From the human T2T-CHM13v2.0 reference genome, Homo sapiens: a stretch of 64,000 nucleotides of DNA. The translations under genes were made by a program, and so were the position numbers. The DNA lies in assembly GCF_009914755.1 (NCBI RefSeq), contig NC_060944.1; one strand, written 5' to 3'. Below are positions 27,837-38,215 of this stretch, piece after piece; position 1 is the first letter of the stretch; the number at the start of each line of letters is the position of its first letter. The notes beneath the pieces were generated by a model. That model was given only the letters and a program-made list of their open reading frames with translations. It did no database searches and was not told the DNA's origin.

Positions 27837-27910
27837 CTGCCTGCGGCAGGAGGCGTCCGCGTAGTGTCGGTGGAGCCGCCCCCTATGCCGCCGAGCGTCG
27901 CAACTCTGCG
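27837..27910 (-). other. SYCP2: SYCP2 non-coding exon 1 (putative; TSS approximate)
   Basis: CAG|GTTGAG donor at 27837/27836, just downstream of the CCAAT pair on the minus strand. Confidence 0.55.
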
Positions 27911-28035
27911 CCTCAGGGACCGCCGCAGCGCCTCCGGCGAACGGCGGAAGGCGGGAAGCGCCCGTCCAATCCGCGCCAGGTGCGGTCGATAGTGCGTCCA
28001 ATCGGCGTCGCCGCCAGCCAGGTCCCGCCCCCCCC

Positions 28036-28125
28036 ATCCCCCCCACCCCCGCCAACGCTCGCCGGGGTCGCCCGAGGCCTGAGCCAAGGGGGACGCTGTG
28101 GGCGCGGCTCAGGCCAGGCCCTCAG
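28036..28125 (+). other. FAM217B: FAM217B distal non-coding first exon (putative; TSS approximate)
   Basis: CAG|GTTAGT donor after 28125; alternative donor TGG|GTGAGG after 28422. Confidence 0.45.
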
Positions 28126-29764
28126 GTTAGTGGGTCCCCGCTGTCCCCGCGCTTCGGCCCGTCCTCTCGCGCTATGCTCTCCTGATGAACGCCCCGCGAG
28201 CGGAGTCACCCCCGCCAGCGAGGAGACTCGCTGCCTTGACTGGGGCCCTGGTCCCGGGACAGGCGAGCAGGAAGGGATGGAAGGGACGGAAGCGCGGGCG
28301 GGACCAGGAGAAGCCCATCCCCGCGCTATGCGTCCCCAGAGCCACTGGGACCCGCGGCTCCAGCCAGCCCTGCAGGGGCGAGCTGGACCGGGGGACCAGG
28401 GCGCCGGGCCGACGACTCCTGGGTGAGGCCTGGCTCCTGCCGGCAGGGGGCGCAGGGCCGCCTGGGCTCCTGGGTGCGGGTGCCGGAGGGCGGGAGAGAC
28501 CGCAGGTCCGGAGACGGGGTGCTGAGCTGGGTACCCAACTGTGTATTCCTAGGCTCTTTCAGACGCTTCCATTTAAGAGATCCGTTTAACTTATGCAGCC
28601 AGCGGGTGCTTGTGTAAAAAATCGCAGGCCCTTCTGAGACAGGCACAGCCGCGAAAGGGTCTCCTTGCCCCTTGGCTCGCAGAGGGCGTCGGTGTTCGGC
28701 GCTCAGTCTTCTGCGTGTTTTCCCCGTGCTCGCGTTCTGAGATGGAAACTGTTCCACGTGCACTGAGATGCAGCTCGGTCTTTCTAACAGCTTCGTAATT
28801 ATTTAATCATGTGGATTAACTTCATCCGAGGAATTCAATCCTCCACTGATGAGCCTACACTTCTATTACAAATAATACTGCAGCAAACCACCTTTGGATT
28901 AATATTTGTGTCGGATCAATTTTTAAAAGTTGAATTGTATGTGTAGTTAAACTTTTATAGGTATCTTCAAATCAAAATTTAAAATTATATTTTAATAACA
29001 TTTTAATTTCTTATCTAAAAGGCACTAATTGTTTAAAAATATGGGATTAAGATTTAAATGTGCGGTGGAAAGCACCTGAAAAAAATAAACACAAGGTAAT
29101 AGAATCAAAGCTCAGTTGTGGACCAGAGCAGATCAAATCACAGTAAATAAGCTCTCAGAGGTGTTTTAAATATTCTGCTTAGCTAGAATTACCAACTTCT
29201 TGACAACTTTGTAACTACCCCCATTGAACTTAATTTTGATATCTTAGTTTTTTAATTCAGAGCTGACAGATTACATATGCAATCTAAGGTACACAGGTGT
29301 ACGCAGGGATTTGAGGGGATTTTATATGTTCAAAGCTTTCAATGCTTTTGAATTATACGTTTAAGTACTAATAATGTATAACACAAAATGTAAGAAGATC
29401 GAAGAGTGCTTCAAAATTGTGACCTGGCAATTTTGCATAATTATTTTCATACCTAGTTTTCCGCCAATAGATCTAAGATCCTTCATGGTGGAGTTGCGAA
29501 CGCACAGAAATTTTCCTAATACACTTCAAAAATTAATAGTGATGATTTTTTACCTTGCCGCTTTTTAGTTGAAGAAAAATGTTAGTCTTTTTTATTGCTT
29601 CATGTGTTCAGGAAGCCTGCGGATTATTTAGTAAACATCCGTAAACTACAACATGGAAGAAAAAAAGGATATCATTAATTTTACTGTTAATTTTTTTTAA
29701 AGGTTTTAGACCGTGGCATTTCATGAAAAACCTTCTCAATTATAATCAAAATTTGGAAACTATG

Positions 29765-30055
29765 TGCCGTGGTTCACACATATACTCCCTGCACTTTGGG
29801 AGGCTGAGTTGATGGGATTGCTTGAGGCCAGGAATTTGAAACTAGCCTGGGCAACATAGCTAGGCCCTATCTCTACAAAAAAACAAAATTAGCCAGGCGT
29901 GGTGGCATGTGCCTGTGCACCTAGCTGCTCTACGCCGGAGGCTGAGGTAGGAGAATTCTGCTTGAGCCCAGGAGCTGGAGGCTGCAGTGAGCTATGATTG
30001 CACCACTGCACTCCAACGTTGGTGACAAGGCAAGACCTTCTCTCAAAAAAGAGAA
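29765..30055 (+). mobile_element. AluJ-like element
   Basis: Diverged dimeric Alu. Confidence 0.85.
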
Positions 30056-30215
30056 ATATCATAATGTGGCGTTCAATTAATTTAGCTTTCTGAATCAACA
30101 AGCATTTATTTGCAATATTCTATATGTCATATAACAGGTAGAGAGAGCATTGACTTTGAAACAGGTTTCAATGTTCAATTTGTTACTTACCAGCTATGGG
30201 ACTTTAGGTGAATTA

Positions 30216-30551
30216 CAGTTATGTATTGCTTAATGATAGGGGTAAGTTCTGAGAAAGGTGTCCTCCTCAAGCAATTTTGTTATTGTGTGAATATCTTAGC
30301 GTTTACTTACAAAAACCTAGATGGTATAGCCTACTACACACCTCAGGTATATATAGTACAGTCTATTGCTTCAAGGCTGCAAACCTGTATACAGCATGTT
30401 ACTGCAGTGAATACGGTAGACAACTGTAACACAAGGGTATTTGTGTATCTAAACACAGAAAAGATACGGAAAAAAATCTGGTATAATTCCATGGATCCAC
30501 GTCATATATACAGTTACCCTGTTGAGTGAAATGTTATGTGGCCTATGGCTG
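30216..30551. mobile_element. Tigger3-like (TcMar) non-autonomous element nested in a MIR
   Basis: TA|cagttatg...tatggctg|TA termini; MIR-like sequence on both sides. Confidence 0.75.
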
Positions 30552-31120
30552 TACTTACACCACTCTGAGCTTTATTTTCAGCTAAGAAAAAGGGGATATT
30601 GTCTACCAGGTAGCATAACATTCAGAATTAAATGAAATCACATATTTAAAGCACTTAGCACTGTGGCCAAGCAAATAAGGGAAGACAAAATAAATGTAAG
30701 TTTTCTTCCCCCATGTGCAAGACTTTGTACTTAGGTGAGGGTCACGATCCGGAAGGCAGACAGACAGACACTCATTACTGCCTGCACAGTGTCATTAACT
30801 GTTGTAAGAGAAGTACATTAATGATCACATTCCCTGTATTCCCCTAGAGCTTTCTTCATACCTCATGCTGACCTGGCATATAAAATTGCATTTCCTTTTC
30901 TCAAAGACACATACAACAACTCTGCTACTGACGCTGAGGCACAATGACAAAATTTATTTTTGCCAAGGCTCTACGTTTATCAGTGTTGTAGAAAGGATAA
31001 GACTTGCATGTGAAATGATTTAGACAAGAAGTTTCTAAAGCTTGGTCTTCTGTAATTAGGCCACAAGAAAAACATACTGAAGCATAATAGAATGGCTCAC
31101 AACTGTTTTTGCACATATAC

Positions 31121-31126
31121 TTTAAT
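31121..31126 (-). terminator. PPP1R3D: Candidate PPP1R3D polyadenylation signal (ATTAAA)
   Basis: Hexamer ~2.2 kb after the stop codon, at the end of a repeat-free 3'UTR-like region; other hexamers exist nearby. Confidence 0.4.
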
Positions 31127-32261
31127 ACTTAGGCTTGGGTAAAATCATTTTAAATAACATATTAAAATATGTTTGGGGGGACAACCCAGCAATTGCACAG
31201 CCCACTAGAAAATTTTAACATCTAAGTAATATAACTGTTTTAGGGTCTGAAAGTTCTCCTTCAGTTGTTCCACAGCCTCTTTATCAACTAGGCAAATATA
31301 TTTAAGCTTTTAAATTTCATAATGTTGGTATTTTTTAAAAGGCACGGGAGGTTCACTTAATATTAAATATATAACATTCACTTTCATAACCAAAACCTTT
31401 TTGGCAAGTGACTTTCACATAGATTATGAGATTCTCTACATGCCTTAAAATAAATCTGGCAGCTCTTAACTCATATCTAAATTCTCTGGACAACTGTCTT
31501 GCTCTCTGTTTTGGGGCCAGGGGCGTAGCAGTGAAGGCCCTAACAGGCTTGCTGACCTAATTGGACAGTTTGTTAAATAGCAGGAAATGTAACAAGGCTT
31601 CTCTCTCTCTTGCATGTTAATGTAGTGAACAGTGCTAATAGCCAGAGATTGTGCAATTTAGTCACAATATTTCAAGCCAAAATTCAGTGTTCTTATATTA
31701 AAAGATACCGAAGAAAGCTATCCTTGTTCTTTGAATTATAAAAGCACAGAGGTTGCAATGATCAGAACCAAACTGGTTAAAAGCCGAAATGCATCCTTTC
31801 AGTATTGATTTGACAGATGCCAACAAGCATTCAAAAATTTAGAGTTAATTTCTTGGTGACAGGTAGCATAAAATTGATCAGACTGGTTTCAGCTGTATCA
31901 TAAGCTTCACAAATTGGAGATCTTGTCCTTCCTGGCTGTTTTTTTTTTTTTCCCACACCTTAATTCTAGCACCTGTTGTCAGACCACTGTTCAGCACCAA
32001 AAGAACTCCTCAGCCTGGAGTTCTTTGGAGTTTTAAGTGATTGCCTAACTCAGCAGGGGACAGTGGTCTTGACTTCTTGGTTGACGGTTTAAAAACATAA
32101 AAGAATTTTATATTTTAAAACTGACAAACTAGAAAATGTTAGAAACTCTATCTGAAGGCAGAAAGTATAAAGTTGGTGGGTACCTGATAAAACATGATGT
32201 ATGTAAATACAGTTCAAAACAATTTAAAAGTATAAATATTTGTCAATTATTTTTCCTCCAG

Positions 32262-32384
32262 TGCTCTGGCTATTGCTGAAAACACCTTCTAGTTCCACCT
32301 TGTAACTGGACTCCCAAAAGATGAATGCTGACATCTTCTGATGCTTAACAAGAAATAAAAATAGTCACCTTAATCATCAAAAAG
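32262..32384 (+). other. FAM217B: Putative FAM217B internal 5'UTR exon antisense to the PPP1R3D 3'UTR
   Basis: tttttcctccAG acceptor, AAG|GTAATT donor, 123 nt. Confidence 0.55.
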
Positions 32385-33303
32385 GTAATTGCAAAGGGCA
32401 CTGTTGCCTGAAATTCTCTAGTCACCTGAAAACTGAAATAACTGAGGCAAGACTTCTTAAAATGCTTAGTTTCAAACTTAAACAGAATGGCCTGATAATG
32501 ATCAAACATGTACAGAGAAATACATGAAATCAGAATTGTGAATGCAGAGAAATAACTGTTTTGCTAGTTTAAAAGTCTGAAGCTTTTCCCTCCTCCCCAG
32601 CTGTTAATGTAGGAGACACACAGCCTAACCAGGACAGTCTCAATGCCCAGGAATGGTTGTGTGATGACTGATAAAGCAGAAATTTCTTGCCTATTAATAG
32701 TTTCCCACTGTTAGAAGGCTACAGCCGTTGGCAATCAGATGTGGGCTCAGGTTTTCCTTATCCTGGGGCAGGAATGCCTGGAGGGACCACGATGTGGGTC
32801 ACACTGTACATTCTGTTTACTGTGGGCACAAACACAGAACTTTTTTTTTTTAGCTTATTAAATCGAGAATATTCCTGAGGAGGCATCCGCTATGGGCTAA
32901 AGGTCCCAACATCACAATAATAAATAACAGCTATGTTTACAGAGACACATTCAGGACACATGCAAAAGCTTTTCCTAGCAGGAGGACTTGGGCCTTTGCA
33001 AAACAAGCTGCTTGGGCCTCCCCAGAGGGCCCACCCTCCCATGCACCTACCCCACCACCCTGCCCCAACTCATTACACAACTCGGCCTTCTGGCCACCTG
33101 AGGCTACTTTTTAGACCAAGTGACTCAGACGTTTCAAGTAGAAGACAGGATGGGCCACTGCCAGGGGACCTTGCAGCAGAAAATTAGGTCAGAGGACTTG
33201 GAGGGTGGTGAAGAACAACCAGATAGATGTGAGAGCCCAGCAGGGAAATGACAGGAGGCGCAGCTTAGGTGTGGAGGCTCCAGGTGGCCGGTCCCCGCGC
33301 GGC

Positions 33304-34203
33304 TCAGATGAAGTGGATCCAGCTCTCTTCGCACTCCCCGCGAGGCATGTGCAGCGCGTGGTTGCGACATGTGAGGCTGTAGTCTCGGTGGTCGTTGTTG
33401 TCCCAGTACTCGGCACCCGCCACTTGGTAGCGCACCGCGAAGTGCACGCGGGAGCCGAGCTCCAGCAGGAAGGGCGGTACTGGAAAGCCGAAGGTGAAAA
33501 CGTCCTCCGTGCCCTCGGGGCCTGCGGGCCCGCGCCACCGCGCCACCGCCTCGTGGGTACTGCGCCAGCCCGAGAAAGTGTAGCGCACAGCCACCTGCTT
33601 CTCGAAGGCCACGTTGCACACGCGCACCGTACCGCTGATGCCAAGGTCCGAGCAAGTGACACGCTCCAGGCACACGAGCTGCCGCTGCAGGCGCTCGCCA
33701 AAGTCGGCGGCCTCGACGGGCGGCGGGAAATCGGGCACCAGGCAATGCAGGGTGAACTCCAGGTCCTGGCTGCTGCAGCACAGGTCCGAGTTGATTGCGA
33801 GCCGCGACAGCACGTGCAGCGGCACGGACGGGTCGTCTCCCGCGTTGAACACCTTGACCTGTGCCAGCTCCAAGCCCAGGGCGTCGGCGAAGCGCACGCG
33901 GAGCTTCTGGCTGCAGCCCGGCCGACACGCAGCGCCCGGCGCGCCCGCGGCCTTCTGGCGGCGCTCGGGGGAGCTGGGCAGTGAGCGCGCCCGCCGCAGG
34001 ATGATGGGCCGCAGGCGGGGGTCGCAGCCCGACGGCGCTGGCGTTGGCGGCGGCGCGCGGCCCGGGCTCCCAGGGGGCCTACAGGCCCGCGGCTCCAGGG
34101 CCACGCCGCCGTCCAGGTCCGACAGGCAGCTGAGGCTCCGGGGGCCGAGCTTCCGGGATCCCAGGGCGCTAGGCAGGACCGCGGAGCTCGGGCCTCTGGA
34201 CAT
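33304..34203 (-). CDS. PPP1R3D: Protein phosphatase 1 regulatory subunit 3D (glycogen-targeting R6), 299 aa, intronless
   Basis: gccATG at 34203 (MSRGPSSAVLP...); RVxF motif KLRVRFADALG; CBM21 motifs VCNVAFEKQV and YWDNNDHRDY; C-terminus SWIHFI. Confidence 0.97.
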   Translation of the reverse strand: MSRGPSSAVLPSALGSRKLGPRSLSCLSDLDGGVALEPRACRPPGSPGRAPPPTPAPSGCDPRLRPIILRRARSLPSSPERRQKAAGAPGAACRPGCSQKLRVRFADALGLELAQVKVFNAGDDPSVPLHVLSRLAINSDLCCSSQDLEFTLHCLVPDFPPPVEAADFGERLQRQLVCLERVTCSDLGISGTVRVCNVAFEKQVAVRYTFSGWRSTHEAVARWRGPAGPEGTEDVFTFGFPVPPFLLELGSRVHFAVRYQVAGAEYWDNNDHRDYSLTCRNHALHMPRGECEESWIHFI

Positions 34204-34659
34204 GGCCCCGCCGGCCGTCGGAAGATGAGGCAGGGATGAGAGACGACCTCCCGACCCCGCGACAGCTCCCTCCGTGCTCAGAAGCCGCAGAGAGTCCACC
34301 GTATCTGCAACCTGCGGGGGACCTCTCGGGCCCGGTGCGCCCTACCCTTGGTTCGCCACCTTGCTCCTCGAGTCCTTGTCCAGGTCCTCCGCTTCTTGCG
34401 GTTAAAGACATTGTAAGAGTGGGGAGTTTTTCTCTAGTGGAAGCTTTCAGAGGCCTCCCGGGAGCGCAGGGTAGCGCCTCTTTTTTCTTCTTGCTTCCTT
34501 GGAGGTTCTTACAAGAAGGCTGCGTTCCGGGAGCGGCCCCTCCCACTTTCCCGGTCCGCGGCGTTACTTACAAGGCTGCAACTTGACCGGGTGCAACTTC
34601 CTAGCGAGCCTCCGCCCCGCCCCTCGTGACGCCGCCTGCAGGCGGGCCCCCGCCGGCCT

Positions 34660-34807
34660 CAGCTCAGCCAGGGAGCTCAGCGGAGCTGCGCGCCTCCGCC
34701 TCCAGCTCCCCTGCCGCAGCGCGCCGCAGCCGGGCGTCCCCGCGCGGGCGCCGGAGAGGAAGGAAGGCTGGCAGCCTCGTCACGTGTCCGCTGCAGTCGC
34801 GAAACAG
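34660..34807 (+). other. FAM217B: FAM217B proximal first exon (TSS approximate)
   Basis: CAG|GTCTGA donor after 34807, divergent from PPP1R3D. Confidence 0.6.
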
Positions 34808-36469
34808 GTCTGATCAATTTCTGTTTACGTCTGCCTGGATTGCGCGCCTATCGATCATAGACTTTGTCTGCACAAACGGAGGACAAGGAAAATGCATGCT
34901 GCGTGTCCTTAGATTTCTGGGTTGTGGATGGGGGGAGCGGTGGTGCAAAAACCGGCCTTGCCAGGAGCTGGTCTCAGGCTAATTTTAAACATCGAGGCCA
35001 GCCCACACTTTGGACAGGTTCACTGCAACCTGGACCCTTGGTCAGACCGAGGGAGCCTCACTGCGTAGAGGAGCAGCGTCATGTCCACATCACCCAGAAT
35101 GCTTTGCCGCACCGAATGGCCAGCAGATTCCCTTGAGGGTGGGGAGGGGAGGTGCTGCTGTTGTCTTCCTGGACTCCGCGCCAGAGAGGAAGACAGGGGA
35201 ACAAGAGTTATTACCCGCTGATGACTTCTGCAGCTGCCCTTAATCAGCCTCTGGCGCTTGGGGAGCATATTTGTAGCCAGAATCTCCGACTTTTAGCTTT
35301 GTTTCCAAGCAAGCCAGAAACACCAGCAAGGCCTGGAGCTTGTTTTCTGCCTATTTAGAACCCTGCAGGCATTCGTGTCTCTCACCCGGTAGCTTTGAGC
35401 ACAAAACCCCACAGCCTTTGGTGTAAAGCATACCAGGTGAAATGAAGTAGAAAAGATGCAAGTGCACTTTCCAGAGAGCAGTTTGGGGCCAGCCATTCCA
35501 TTAAGAAGGTTCCTTTTTATTGTCCAGAGGGACAAAGCAGAAAGAAAACCAGACTAATGAAAGGGGGTTGATTCAAGAACATTCGTTGCATCTAAAATGA
35601 GTCAAGGCTGTTGATTGTGGTATAATTCATGAAATGTGAGAGAATGATTTTATTTATCATTGGATGTAAGCTAACTAAAAAGGCTTACATGATTATTGTG
35701 GGAAAAATACAGGAAAGTTTCAGGAAGAAAATAAAAATCTTCTATAATCATCTCTTTTATTTTACAGAGACAGGTGATACGGGAAAGAGAAGTATCCAAT
35801 TTCCATTCAGTGCACTTTTAATAGGCCACTCAAAATGAGAGGGGAATAACAGCAATATGTGGTATAGGTCAACAATGCTTCATAAAGAGATGATATATAA
35901 TATGTAATATGTATGAATATATGGAAAGTCTTATAATGGATTGATGTGATAGAGAAGGCCGAAAAATTGAATGGGAACGTTCCTCCTAGAGTTTAAGCTC
36001 CTTCTGAACAGGGACGTGCATAATCATTGCCATTTTTCTGGGTACTCCTGTAATTATTTGTTGCATGAATGAATGATTGGGCAATGCAATGATTGAACGC
36101 TGTAATAAGACCTGACCTTATTTAGCCTTCCAGATTTCTTCAACATATTATTTCCAAGGAAGATTATACCTGTGTGTGAACAGGGAGAGAGAGAGAGAGA
36201 TGGAATCCATTCACAGTATTTATAGTAGTGTGATCCTGTGATCCTGTCTCTAATATCTACTGTAATAAGCAGAAAAGACAAAGCTGTAAGCATAAGACAA
36301 TGTCTCCCTTCCCCAGTATTTCATAACCTAGAGTGCAAACCACTATATGATCACAGCCTTAATATTTCAATATTATACAAGTATTAAAAAACAAGTGAAA
36401 AACCAACCCGATACTGGTGGTAGGACCATTTGCAATCAATAGTTACTGACAGTATTCTGTTGCTTCTAG

Positions 36470-36581
36470 TTCCGGTGGTGAGGAGACCTTTCCAAATATA
36501 AGAGGAATAAAGAAGTCACCTCCCCAGCTGTCATCATCTTCCAGCAGATTGAGCAAGAATATTTTGAGCACTACAGGAAAG
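36470..36581 (+). other. FAM217B: FAM217B leader exon (112 nt)
   Basis: Branch-like actgac plus ttctgttgcttctAG acceptor; AAG|GTAATG donor. Confidence 0.8.
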
Positions 36582-36698
36582 GTAATGTAAACTTAGAAGA
36601 AAAATCTGACTTAGATTTATTCTGGGATTTTTGTTTGTTTGCTTGCTTGTTTCTTGTGTACATGTTCACAGTGTTTATTACTGCATCCCTGTTTTTAG

Positions 36699-36784
36699 AC
36701 AGTCCATCAAACCCGAGATGATGATCAGCCACGTGATTTTTTCAAGAAGAGGAATAGGGTGAATGAATCTCATCAGAAAAGCAG
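36699..36784 (+). other. FAM217B: FAM217B leader exon (86 nt)
   Basis: ccctgtttttAG acceptor; CAG|GTAAAT donor. Confidence 0.8.
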
Positions 36785-38215
36785 GTAAATAGTTTTAGTA
36801 TAATTGCTTTATCTTGCAAAAGACTCATTATCTCTGTTGTCCAGATTGAATATGTGGAGTGGGGAAAAAAGTATGTCTATAGATAAGAAATATACATTTA
36901 TAATTTTTTTCTAGCAGAAATGAATAGAAAAGTGGTTTAAGCATAATAGTGGATAAGGATTCCAACGGTCATAATTCTGGCAGTTGTTAGCAGAATTATA
37001 ATTTTGAGTAAGTCCTTTAATCACTTTTCTATGTTAGTTTCCTTTTATATAAAAGGATAGTGACAATAATTAATTTTTATGGATGCATACTGACAGGCAG
37101 GAACAAAATGTTTTAACAGTGTTATGAATTCTGAATAATGGAGATTCCTTCATTTCTTCATTTATTCAACATTTATTGAGCACACGTTGTACTATTGGCA
37201 ATGATTTAATGTCCTGCATATTTATTAATTAAAATGTAGCACGTATTCAAATAGTTGCTTAGGTTGTTTGAAACCACTGGGCAAATGAACCTCTGAAGTT
37301 TCCAGAAAGCATGTTTACCACCCATTTCTATTCATTCTATCTGACTTATATTACAGAGAAGTATTATTAATCTTAAATGCCACGTTCTTGGTAAATAAAT
37401 TGAAAAGAGGATATTTTCAACTCTGATGTGAGATTCAGCATCAGAATAAATTATGCCAGAGAGAATTAGTTTCTATACTCATAATGCACACAGTATTCAT
37501 TATTCCCTTTACCTGCTATTCACAAGGTAACACTAAGACCCTGTGTTTTCATTCATATGTGTTACAGGGCACCATATGATTTTATTTCTGTTCTTTAAAC
37601 ACAATTTTCCCAAATGTGTTTTCTGTTTGAAAACATTGTAACAAGCTTTTGATTTAAGGTACAGGTTTGTATGTGCAATACTTTTATATATTAAAATTTC
37701 ACTCAGCTCAGAATCGCCACCAATCAGTGATTAAACTGCAAAACTTGCATGTTTATTTGATATTTACACTTAATTTAAAATAGGTGTATAAAATAAAACT
37801 GTTTTTACTTCTGAATGTTATTAAATGCTTTTGATGGTAACAATTCCAGAGTTCTACGACTGATTTTTTCCAAACTAATGTTTTTTTTTTAAAGTACACA
37901 CGAAAGTATGAAACAAGCACTTTGAGAAATGTTAATGTTTTTCCTAAATGCTAATATTTGATATAAAATGGAAACTGTGCATTCTCTTTTGTCACATGCA
38001 TTATATAATGTATCTCAAATAGAGTATTATATGGGAAAATGTTCTGTAAAATTACTTATGCTTTAAGGAGTTTGGAAGCTGACATTTTCTAATGCCTACT
38101 AATAGCTGAGACAAAAAAAAGTACAACTAGAAGATTCTTTTTGTTTGTTTAATTATAGCCAGACCATTTTTTGTCATATGTGGTAAGAATTGCAGTTTTA
38201 TTTTCTCACAGCAAT

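Larger units (their letters stand above)
33250..35250. promoter_or_regulatory. CpG island covering the PPP1R3D CDS and the head-to-head PPP1R3D / short FAM217B promoter (~34570-34660)
   Basis: High CpG density; GC boxes ~34611-34622, TGACG half-CRE 34627, GTCACGTG 34779-34786. Confidence 0.85.

Noticed and set aside
32321-32330. ATGAATGCTG identical to the first 10 coding nt of FAM217B
   Set aside because: A 10-nt match that does not extend; most likely coincidence
33134-34228. 259-, 264-, 204- and 170-aa ORFs overlapping PPP1R3D
   Set aside because: Antisense or alternative-frame shadows of a GC3-rich CDS
38171-38211. ORF-track N-terminus MSYVVRIAVLFSH of the 398-aa ORF
   Set aside because: TTG start in intronic sequence upstream of the acceptor at 38210-11; a real extension would come from spliced exons
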